From: Antedon mediterranea
Lineage: Eukaryota; Animalia; Echinodermata
DNA length: 64,000 nt
Direction of reading: 5' to 3'
Assembly (NCBI RefSeq): GCF_964355755.1
Contig: NC_092679.1
Span: forward strand, 9,516,201 to 9,580,200
The position numbers were made by a program, and so were the translations under genes. This document shows, piece by piece, positions 53,210 through 64,000 of this stretch (position 1 is its first letter; each line of letters opens with the position of its first letter). The notes beneath the pieces were generated by a model. It was not told the origin of the DNA. It saw nothing but the letters and a program-made list of their open reading frames with translations, and ran no database searches.

Positions 53210-56200
53210 GCACTTTGGTGTTTTTGTGTTAACAAGTTTTTCGAAATGCTCAAAATGGTCTAAAACGTTTCCAAATGCGATTTGAAGCTATTCTGTACAC
53301 TTTGATGTTTTGTGTGAAAATTTTCTGTCGAAATGCTCAAAATGGTCAAAAACGTTTTTAAATACGATATTAAGCTACTTTGTGCTCTTTGATGTTTTTG
53401 TGTGAAATGTTTTATCGAAATGCTCAAAATGGTCTAAAACGGTTTCTAATGTGATTTCAAGCACTTTGATGTTTTTGTGTAACCAAGTTTTTCGAAAATC
53501 ACAAAATTGTCTAAAACGTCTCCAAATGCGATTTGAAGCTATTCTGTACTCTTTGATGTTTTTATGTTAACAAGTTTTTCGAAAATCACAAAATGGTCTA
53601 AAACGTCTCCAAATGCGATTTTAAGCTATTCTAAGCACTTTGGTGTTTTTATGTTAACAAGTTTTTTTGAAAATCACAAAATGGTCTAAAACGTCTCTAA
53701 ATGAGATTTGAAGCTTTTCTGTACACTTTGATGTTTTTATGTTAACAAGTTTTTTCGAAAATCACAAAATGGTCTAAAATGTCTCCAAATGCGATTTGAA
53801 GCTATTCTAAGCACTTTTGGTGTTTTTATGGAAACAATTTTTTTCGAAAATCACAAAATGGTCTAAAACGTCTCCAAATGTGATTTGAAGCTATTCTGTA
53901 CACTTTGATGTTTTTATGTTAGCAAGTTTTTTCGAAAATCACAAAATGGTCTAAAACGTCTACAAATGCGATTTGAAGCTAATCTGTACACTTTGATGTT
54001 TTTATGTTAACAAGTTTTTTCGAAAATCACAAAATGGTCTAAAACGTTTCCAAATGCGATTTGAAGCTATTCTGTACACTTTGATGTTTTGTGTGAAAAT
54101 TTTCTGTCGAAATGCTCAAAATGGTCAAAAACGTTTTTAAATACGATATTAAGCTACTTTGTGCTCTTTGATGTTTTTGTGTGAAATGTTTTATCGAAAT
54201 GCTCAAAATGGTCTAAAACGGTTTCTAATGTGATTTCAAGCACTTTGATGTTTTTGTGTAACCAAGTTTTTCGAAAATCACAAAATTGTCTAAAACGTCT
54301 CCAAATGCGATTTGAAGCTATTCTGTACACTTTGATGTTTTTATGTTAACAAGTTTTTCGAAAATCACAAAATGGTCTAAAACGTCTCCAAATGCGATTT
54401 GAAGCAATTCTGTACACTTTGATAAAGTTTTTCGAAAATCACAAAATGGTCTAAAACGTCTCTAAATGCGATTTGAAGCTTTTCTGTACACTTTGATGTT
54501 TTTATGTTAACAACTTTTTTCGAAAATCACAAAATGGTCTAAAATGTCTCCAAATGCGATTTGAAGCTATTCTAAGCACTTTGATGTTTTTATGTTAACA
54601 AGTTTTTTCGAAAATCACAAAATGGTCTAAAACGTCTCCAATAGCGATTTTAAGCTATTCTGTACACTTTGGTGTTTTTATGTTAACAAGTTTTTTTGAA
54701 AATCACAAAATGATCTAAAACGTCTCCAAATGCGATTTGAAGCTATTCTGTACACTTTGATGTTTTTATGTTAACAAGTTTTTTCGAAAATCACAAAATG
54801 GTCTAAAACGTCTACAAATGCAATTTGTAGCTATTCTAAGCACTTTTGTGTTTTTATGTTAACAAGTTTTTTCGAAAATCACAAAATGGTCTAAAACGTC
54901 TGCAAATGCGATTTGAAACTATTCTTAGCCCATTGGTGTTTTTATTTAAACAAATTTTTTCGAAACTCACAAAATGGTCTAAAACGTCTCCAAATGCGAT
55001 TTGAAGCTATTTTAAGCACTTTGGTGTTTTTGTGTTAACAAGTTTTTCGAAATGCTCAAAATGGTCTAGGCCTAAAACGTTTTTAAACACGATATTAAGC
55101 TATTTTGTGCTCTTTGATGTTTTTTTGTGAAAAGTTTTAGCAAAATGCTCAAAATGGTCTAAAACGATTTCTAATGTGATTTTAAGCACTTTGATGTTTT
55201 TATGTTAACTAGTTTTTTCGAAAATCACAAAATGGTATAAAACGTCTCCAAATGCGATTTGAAGCTATTTTAAGCACTTAGGTGCTTTTGTGTAACCAAG
55301 TTTTTTTGAAAATCACAAAAGGGTCTAAAATGTCTCCAAATGTGATTTGAAGCTATTTGAAGCACTTTGGTGTTTTTGTGTTAACAAGTTTTTCGAAAAT
55401 CACAAAATTGTCTAAAACGTCTCCAAATGCGATTTGAAGCTATTCTGTACACTTTGATGTTTTTATGTTAACAAGTTTTTTGGAAAATCACAAAATGGTC
55501 TAAAACATCTCCAAATGCGATTTAAAGCTATTTTAAGCACTTTGGTGTTTTTATGTTAACAAGTTTTTTTCGAAAATCACAAAATGGTCTAAAACGTCTC
55601 CAAATGCGATTTGAAGCTATTTTAAGCACTTTGGTGTTTTTGTGTTAACAAGTTTTTCGAAATGCTCAAAATGGTCTAAAACGTTTCCAAATGCGATTTG
55701 AAGCTATTCTGTACACTTTGATGTTTTGTGTGAAAATTTTCTGTCGAAATGCTCAAAATGGTCAAAAACGTTTTTAAATACGATATTAAGCTACTTTGTG
55801 CTCTTTGATGTTTTTGTGTGAAATGTTTTATCGAAATGCTCAAAATGGTCTAAAACGGTTTCTAATGTGATTTCAAGCACTTTGATGTTTTTGTGTAACC
55901 AAGTTTTTCGAAAATCACAAAATTGTCTAAAACGTCTCCAAATGTGATTTGAAGCTATTCTGTACTCCTTGATGTTTTTATGTTAACAAGTTTTTCGAAA
56001 ATCACAAAATGGTCTAAAACGTCTCCAAATGCGATTTTAAGCTATTCTAACCACTTTGGTGTTTTTATGTTAACAAGTTTTTTTGAAAATCACAAAATGG
56101 TCTAAAACGTCTCTAAATGAGATTTGAAGCTTTTCTGTACACTTTGATGTTTTTATGTTAACAAGTTTTTTCGAAAATCACTAAATGGTCTAAAATGTCT

Positions 56201-57479
56201 CCAAATGCGATTTGAAGCTATTCTAAGCACTTTGGTGTTTTTATGGAAACAATTTTTTTCGAAAATCACAAAATGGTCTAAAACGTCTCCAATAGCGATT
56301 TGAAGCTATTCTGTACACTTTGATGTTTTTATGTTAGCAAGTTTTTTCGAAAATCACAAAATGGTCTAAAACGTCTCCAAATGCGATTTGAAGCTATTTT
56401 AAGAACTTTGGTGTTTTTATCTTAACAAGTTTTTTCGAAAATCACAAAATGGTCTAAAACGTCTCCAAATGCGATTTGAAGCTATTCTAAGCACTTTGGT
56501 GTTTTTATGTTAAGAAGTTTTTTCAAAAATCACAAAACGGTCTAAAACGTCTCCAAATGCGATTTGAAGCTATTCTGTACACTTTGATGTTTTTATGTTA
56601 ACAAGTTTTTTCAAAAATCACAAAATGGTCTAAAACGTTTCCAAATGCGATTTGAAGCTATTCTGTACACTTTGATGTTTTGTGTGAAAATTTTCTGTCG
56701 AAATGCTCAAAATGAAATGGTCATAAACGTTTTTAAATACGATATTAAGCTACTTTGTGCTCTTTGATGTTTTTGTGTGAAAAGTTTTATCGAAATGCTC
56801 AAAATGGTCTAAAACGGTTTCTAATGTGATTTCAAGCACTTTGATGTTTTTGTGTAACCAAGTTTTTCGAAAATCACAAAATTGTCTAAAACGTCTCCAA
56901 ATGCGATTTGAAGCTATTCTGTACACTTTGATGTTTTTATGTTAACAAGTTTTTTCGAAAATCACAAAAGAGTCTAAAATATCTCGAAATGCGATTTGAA
57001 GCTATTCTAAGCACTTTGGTGTTTTTATGTTAACAAGTTTTTTCGAAATCACAAAATGGTCTAAAATGTCTCCAAATGCGATTTGAAGCTAATCTTAGCA
57101 CATTGGTGTTTTTATGTTAACAAGTTTTTTCGAAAATCACAAAATGGTCTAAAACGACTCCAAATGCGATTTGAAGCTATTCTGTATACTTTGATGTTTT
57201 TGTGTAACCAAGTTTTTCGAAAATCACAAAATTGTCTAAAACGTCTCCAAATGCGATTTGAAGCTATTCTGTACACTTTCATGTTTTTATGTTAACAAGT
57301 TTTTTCGAAAATCACAAAAGAGTCTAAAATATCTCGAAATGCGATTTAAAGCTATTTTAAGCACTTTGGTGTTTTTATGTTAACAAGTTTTTTCGAAAAT
57401 CACAAAATGGTCTAAAACGTCTCCAAATGCGATTTGAAGCTATTTTAAGCACTTTGGTGTTTTTGTGTTAACAAGTTTT

Positions 57480-60400
57480 TTCGAAAATCACAAAATGGTC
57501 TAAAACGACTCCAAATGCGATTTGAAGCTATTCTGTATACTTTGGTGTTTTTATGTTAACAAGTTTTTTCGAAAATCACAAAATGGTCTAAAACGTCTCC
57601 AAATGCGATTTGAAGCTATTCTAAGCACTTTGGTGTTTTTATGTTAACAAGTTTTTTCGAAAATCACAAAATGGTCTAAAACGTCTCCAATAGCGATTTG
57701 AAGCTTTTCTGTACACTTTGGTGTTTTTATGTTAACAAGTTTTTTCGAAAATCACAAAATGGTCTAAAACGTCTCCAAATGCGATTTGAAGCTAATCTGT
57801 ACACTTTGATGTTTTTATGTTAACAAGTTTTTTCGAAAATCATAAAATGGTCTAAAACGTTTCCAAATGCGATTTGAAGCTATTCTGTACACTTTGATGT
57901 TTTGTGTGAAAATTTTCTGTCGAAATGCTCAAAATGGTCAAAAACGTTTTTAAATACGATATTAAGCTACTTTGTGCTCTTTGATGTTTTTGTGTGAAAT
58001 GTTTTATCGAAATGCTCAAAATGGTCTAAAACGGTTTCTAATGTGATTTCAAGCACTTTGATGTTTTTGTGTAACCAAGTTTTTCGAAAATCACAAAATT
58101 GTCTAAAACGTCTCCAAATGAGATTTGAAGCTATTCTGTACACTTTGGTGTTTTTATGTTAACAAGTTTTTTCGAAAATCACAAAATGGTCTAAAACGTC
58201 TCCAAATGCGATTTAAAGCTATTTTAAGCACTTTTGTGTTTTTGTGTAACCAAGTTTTTTCGAAAATCACAAAAGGGTCTAAAATGTCTGTAAATGCGAT
58301 TTGAAGCTATTTAAAGCACTTTGGTGTTTTTAGGTTAACAAGTTTTTTCGAAAATCACAAAATGGTCTAAAACGTCTACAAATGCGATTTGAAGCTATTC
58401 TAAGCACTTTTGTGTTTTTATGTTAACAAGTTTTTTCGAAAATCACAAAGTGGTCTAAAACGTCTCCAAATGCGATTTGAAGCTATTTTAAGCACTTTGG
58501 TGTTTTTGTGTTAACAAGTTTTTCGAAATGCTCAAAATGGTCTAAAACGTCTCCAAATGCGATTTGAAGCTATTCTAAGCACTTTGGTGTTTTTATGTTA
58601 ACAAGTTTTTTCGAAAATCACAAAATGGTATAAAACGTCTCCAAATGCGATTTGAAGCTATTCTAAGCACTTTGGTGTTTTTATGTTAACAAGTTTTTTC
58701 GAAAATCACAAAATGGTCTAAAACGTTTCCAAATGCGATTTGAAGCTATTCTGTACACTTTGATGTTTTGTGTGAAAATTTTCTTTTGAAATGCTCAAAA
58801 TGGTCAAAAACGTTTTTAAATACGATATTAAGCTACTTTGTGCTCTTTGATGTTTTTGTGTGAAATGTTTTATCGAAATGCTCAAAATGGTCTAAAACGG
58901 TTTCTAATGTGATTTCAAGCACTTTGATGTTTTTGTGTAACCAAGTTTTTCGAAAATCACAAAATTGTCTAAAACGTCTCCAAATGCGATTTGAAGCTAT
59001 TCTGTACACTTTGATGTTTTTATGTTAACAAGTTTTTCGAAAATCACAAAATGGTCTAAAATGTCTCCAAATGCGATTTTAAGCTATTCTAAGAACTTTG
59101 GTGTTTTTATGTTAACAAGTTTTTTTGAAAATCACAAAATGGTCTAAAACGTCTCTAAATGCGATTTGAAGCTTTTCTGTACACTTTGATGTTTTTATGT
59201 TAACAACTTTTTTCGAAAATCACAAAATGGTCTAAAATGTCTCCAAATGCGATTTGAAGCTATTCTAAGCACTTTGGTGTTTTTATGGAAACAATTTTTT
59301 TCGAAAATCACAAAATGGTCTAAAACGTCTCCAATAGCGATTTGAAGCTTTTCTGTACACTTTGGTGTTTTTATGTTAACAAGTTTTTTCGAAAATCACA
59401 AAATGGTCTAAAACGACTCCAAATGCGATTTGAAGCTATTCTGTATACTTTGGTGTTTTTATGTTAACAAGTTTTTTCGAAAATCACAAAATGGTCTAAA
59501 ACGTCTCCAAATGCGATTTGAAGCTATTCTAAGCACTTTGGTGTTTTTATGTTAACAAGTTTTTTCGAAAATCACAAAATGGTCTAAAACGTCTCCAATA
59601 GCGATTTGAAGCTTTTCTGTACACTTTGGTGTTTTTATGTTAACAAGTTTTTTCGAAAATCACAAAATGGTCTAAAACGTCTCCAAATGCGATTTGAAGC
59701 TAATCTGTACACTTTGATGTTTTTATGTTAACAAGTTTTTTCGAAAATCATAAAATGGTCTAAAACGTTTCCAAATGCGATTTGAAGCTATTCTGTACAC
59801 TTTGATGTTTTGTGTGAAAATTTTCTGTCGAAATGCTCAAAATGGTCAAAAACGTTTTTAAATACGATATTAAGCTACTTTGTGCTCTTTGATGTTTTTG
59901 TGTGAAATGTTTTATCGAAATGCTCAAAATGGTCTAAAACGGTTTCTAATGTGATTTCAAGCACTTTGATGTTTTTGTGTAACCAAGTTTTTCGAAAATC
60001 ACAAAATTGTCTAAAACGTCTCCAAATGAGATTTGAAGCTATTCTGTACACTTTGGTGTTTTTATGTTAACAAGTTTTTTCGAAAATCACAAAATGGTCT
60101 AAAACGTCTCCAAATGCGATTTAAAGCTATTTTAAGCACTTTTGTGTTTTTGTGTAACCAAGTTTTTTCGAAAATCACAAAAGGGTCTAAAATGTCTGTA
60201 AATGCGATTTGAAGCTATTTAAAGCACTTTGGTGTTTTTAGGTTAACAAGTTTTTTCGAAAATCACAAAATGGTCTAAAACGTCTACAAATGCGATTTGA
60301 AGCTATTCTAAGCACTTTTGTGTTTTTATGTTAACAAGTTTTTTCGAAAATCACAAAGTGGTCTAAAACGTCTCCAAATGCGATTTGAAGCTATTTTAAG

Positions 60401-61320
60401 CACTTTGGTGTTTTTGTGTTAACAAGTTTTTCGAAATGCTCAAAATGGTCTAAAACGTCTCCAAATGCGATTTGAAGCTATTCTAAGCACTTTGGTGTTT
60501 TTATGTTAACAAGTTTTTTCGAAAATCACAAAATGGTATAAAACGTCTCCAAATGCGATTTGAAGCTATTCTAAGCACTTTGGTGTTTTTATGTTAACAA
60601 GTTTTTTCGAAAATCACAAAATGGTCTAAAACGTTTCCAAATGCGATTTGAAGCTATTCTGTACACTTTGATGTTTTGTGTGAAAATTTTCTTTTGAAAT
60701 GCTCAAAATGGTCAAAAACGTTTTTAAATACGATATTAAGCTACTTTGTGCTCTTTGATGTTTTTGTGTGAAATGTTTTATCGAAATGCTCAAAATGGTC
60801 TAAAACGGTTTCTAATGTGATTTCAAGCACTTTGATGTTTTTGTGTAACCAAGTTTTTCGAAAATCACAAAATTGTCTAAAACGTCTCCAAATGCGATTT
60901 GAAGCTATTCTGTACACTTTGATGTTTTTATGTTAACAAGTTTTTCGAAAATCACAAAATGGTCTAAAACGTCTCCAAATGCGATTTTAAGCTATTCTAA
61001 GAACTTTGGTGTTTTTATGTTAACAAGTTTTTTTGAAAATCACAAAATGGTCTAAAACGTCTCTAAATGCGATTTGAAGCTTTTCTGTACACTTTGATGT
61101 TTTTATGTTAACAACTTTTTTCGAAAATCACAAAATGGTCTAAAATGTCTCCAAATGCGATTTGAAGCTATTCTAAGCACTTTGGTGTTTTTATGGAAAC
61201 AATTTTTTTCGAAAATCACAAAATGGTCTAAAACGTCTCCAATAGCGATTTGAAGCTTTTCTGTACACTTTGGTGTTTTTATGTTAACAAGTTTTTTCGA
61301 AAATCACAAAATGGTCTAAA
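57480..61320 (+). repeat. Two-copy 1,908-bp tandem duplication within the satellite
   Basis: Markers CATAAAATGG 57841/59749, TCACAAAGTGG 58443/60351 and TTCTTTTGAA 58781/60689 are all offset by 1,908. Confidence 0.92.
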
Positions 61321-64000
61321 ACGTCTCCAAATGCGATTTGAAGCTATTTTAAGAACTTTGGTGTTTTTATCTTAACAATTTTTTTTCGAAAATCACAAAA
61401 TGGTCTAAAACGTCTCCAAATGCGATTTGAAGCTATTCTAAGCACTTTGGTGTTTTTATGTTAACAAGTTTTTTCAAAAATCACAAAACGGTCTAAAACG
61501 TCTCCAAATGCGATTTGAAGCTTTTCTGTACACTTTGATGTTTTTATGTTAACAAGTTTTTTCAAAAATCACAAAATGGTCTAAAACGTTTCCAAATGCG
61601 ATTTGAAGCTATTCTGTACACTTTGATGTTTTGTGTGAAAATTTTCTGTCGAAATGCTCAAAATGGTCAAAAACGTGTTTAAATACGATATTAAGCTACT
61701 TTGTGCTCTTTGATGTTTTTGTGTGAAAAGTTTTATCGAAATGCTCAAAATGGTCTAAAACGGTTTCTAATGTGATTTCAAGCACTTTGATGTTTTTGTG
61801 TAACCAAGTTTTTCGAAAATCACAAAATTGTCTAAAACGTCTCCAAATGTGATTTGAAGCTATTCTGTACTCCTTGATGTTTTTATGTTAACAAGTTTTT
61901 CGAAAATCACAAAATGGTCTAAAACGTCTCCAAATGCGATTTTAAGCTATTCTAACCACTTTGGTGTTTTTATGTTAACAAGTTTTTTTGAAAATCACAA
62001 AATGGTCTAAAACGTCTCCAAATGCGATTTGAAGCTAATCTTAGCACATTGGTGTTTTTATGTTAACAAGTTTTTTCGAAAATCACAAAATGGTCTAAAA
62101 CGACTCCAAATGCGATTTGAAGCTATTCTGTATACTTTTGTGTTTTTATGTTAACAAGTTTTTTCGAAAATCACAAAATGGTCTAAAACGTCTCCAATAG
62201 CGATTTGAAGCTTTTTTGTACACTTTGGTGTTTTTATGTTAACAAGTTTTTTCGAAAATCACAAAATGGTCTAAAACGTCTCCAAATGCGATTTGAAGCT
62301 ATTCTGTACACTTTGATGTTTTTATGTTAACTAGTTTTTTCGAAAATCACAAAATGGTCTAAAACGTCTACAAATGCGATTTGAAGCTATTCTGTACACT
62401 TTGATGTTTTTATGTTAACAAGTTTTTTCGAAAATCACAAAATGGTCTAAAACGTTTCCAAATGCGATTTGAAGCTATTCTGTACACTTTGATGTTTTGT
62501 GTGAAAATTTTCTGTCGAAATGCTCAAAATGGTCAAAAACGTTTTTAAATACGATATTAAGCTACTTTGTGCTCTTTGATGTTTTTGTGTGAAATGTTTT
62601 ATCGAAATGCTCAAAATGGTCTAAAACGGTTTCTAATGTGATTTCAAGCACTTTGATGTTTTTGTATAACCAAGTTTTTTCGAAAATCACAAAATGGTCT
62701 AAAACGTCTCCAAATGCGATTTGAAGCTATTTTAAGCACTTTGGTGTTTTTGTGTTAACAAGTTTTTCGAAAAGCTCAAAATGGTCTAAAACGTTTTTAA
62801 ACACGATATTAAGCTATTTTGTGCTCTTTGATGTTTTTTTGTGAAAAGTTTTAGCGAAATGCTCAAAATGGTCTAAAACGATTTCTAATGTGATTTTAAG
62901 CACTTTGATGTTTTTATGTTAACTAGTTTTTTCAAAAATCACAAAATGGTCTAAAACGTCTCCAAATGTGATTTGAAGCTATTCTAAGCACTTTGGTGTT
63001 TTTATGTTAACAGTTTTTTCGAAAATCACAAAATGGTCTAAAACGTTTCCAAATGCGATTTGAAGCTATTCTGTACACTTTGATGTTTTTATGGTAACAA
63101 GTCTTTTAGAAAATCACAAAATGGTCTAAAACATCTCCAAATGCGATTTAAAGCTATTTTAAGCAGTTTTGTGTTTTTGTGTAACCAAGTTTTTTCGAAA
63201 ATCACAAAAGGGTCTAAAATGTCTCTAAATGCGATTTGAAGCTACTCTAAGCACTTTGGTGTTTTTATGTTAACAAGTTTTTTTCGAAAATCAATAAATG
63301 GTCTAAAATGTCTCCAAATGCGATTTGAAGCTATTCTGTACACTTTGCTGTTTTGTGTGAAAAATGTTTGTCGAAATCCTCAAAATGGTCAAAAACGTTT
63401 TTAAATACGATATTAAGCTATTTTGTGCTCTTTGATGTTTTTGTGTGAAAAGTTTTATCGAAATACTCAAAATGGTCTAAAACGGTTTCTAATGTGATTT
63501 TAAGCACTTTGATGTTTTTGTGTAACCAAGTTTTTTCGAAAATCACAAAATGGTCTAAAATGTCTCCAAATGCGATTTGAAGCTATTCTAAGCACTTTGG
63601 TGTTTTTATGGAAACAATTTTTTCCGAAAATCACAAAATGGTCTAAAACGTCTCCAATAGCAATTTGAAGCTTTTCTGTACACTTTGGTGTTTTTATGTT
63701 AACATGTTTTTTCGAAAATCACAACATGGTCTAAAACGTCTCCAAATGCGATTTGAAGCTATTCTGTACACTTTGATGTTTTTATGTTAACAAGTTTTTT
63801 ATAAAATCACAAAATGGTCTAAAACGTCTCCAAATGCGATTTGAAGCTATTCTGTACACTTTGATGTTTTTATGTTAACAAGTTTTTTCGAAAATCACAA
63901 AAGGGTCTAAAATGTCTCTAAATGCGATTTGAAGCTATTCTAAGCACTTTGGTGTTTTTATGTTAACAAGTTTTTTCGAAAATCACAAAATGGTCTAAAA

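Larger units (their letters stand above)
17733..64000 (+). repeat. 88-bp tandem satellite array, segment 3 (uninterrupted, open at the right edge)
   Basis: Continuous monomers in one orientation for ~46 kb, with no non-satellite sequence seen. Confidence 0.99.

Noticed and set aside
56708-56722. 5-bp AAATG duplication in one B monomer
   Set aside because: It is a single slippage event or sequencing error with no further signal.
57083-57295. 70-aa ORF on the plus strand
   Set aside because: It is a satellite translation with a non-ATG start; the peptide repeat mirrors the monomer.
1-64000. CRISPR-like array reading of the regular repeats
   Set aside because: There are no unique spacers, the whole 88-bp unit is repeated, and no cas genes are present.

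Overview
Eukaryotic, probably animal, satellite-DNA window with no credible protein-coding gene. About 58 kb is a head-to-tail, single-orientation array of an AT-rich 88-bp monomer (AAGTTTTTTCGAAAATCACAAAATGGTCTAAAACGTCTCCAAATGCGATTTGAAGCTATTCTGTACACTTTGATGTTTTTATGTTAAC; roughly 650-700 copies). It includes a recurring pair of diverged monomers (87 bp + 77 bp) and nested duplications of 264 bp, 1.9 kb, 2.26 kb and 10.6-10.8 kb. The array is interrupted twice (4046-6962 and 14816-17732) by the same 2,917-bp non-autonomous DNA transposon, which has perfect 15-bp terminal inverted repeats and a TTAA target duplication (Kolobok-like ends). The two copies share one insertion site, so they arose by a 10,770-bp tandem duplication, and the matching empty site is visible at 53206-53209. 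Inside the element are promoter-type motifs near both ends and strong splice signals for two convergent units with no long ORF. The most striking large-scale signal is a ~10.7-kb amplification period shared by transposon-bearing and transposon-free blocks. A centromeric or pericentromeric location is plausible but is inference only. All comparisons were made by eye.
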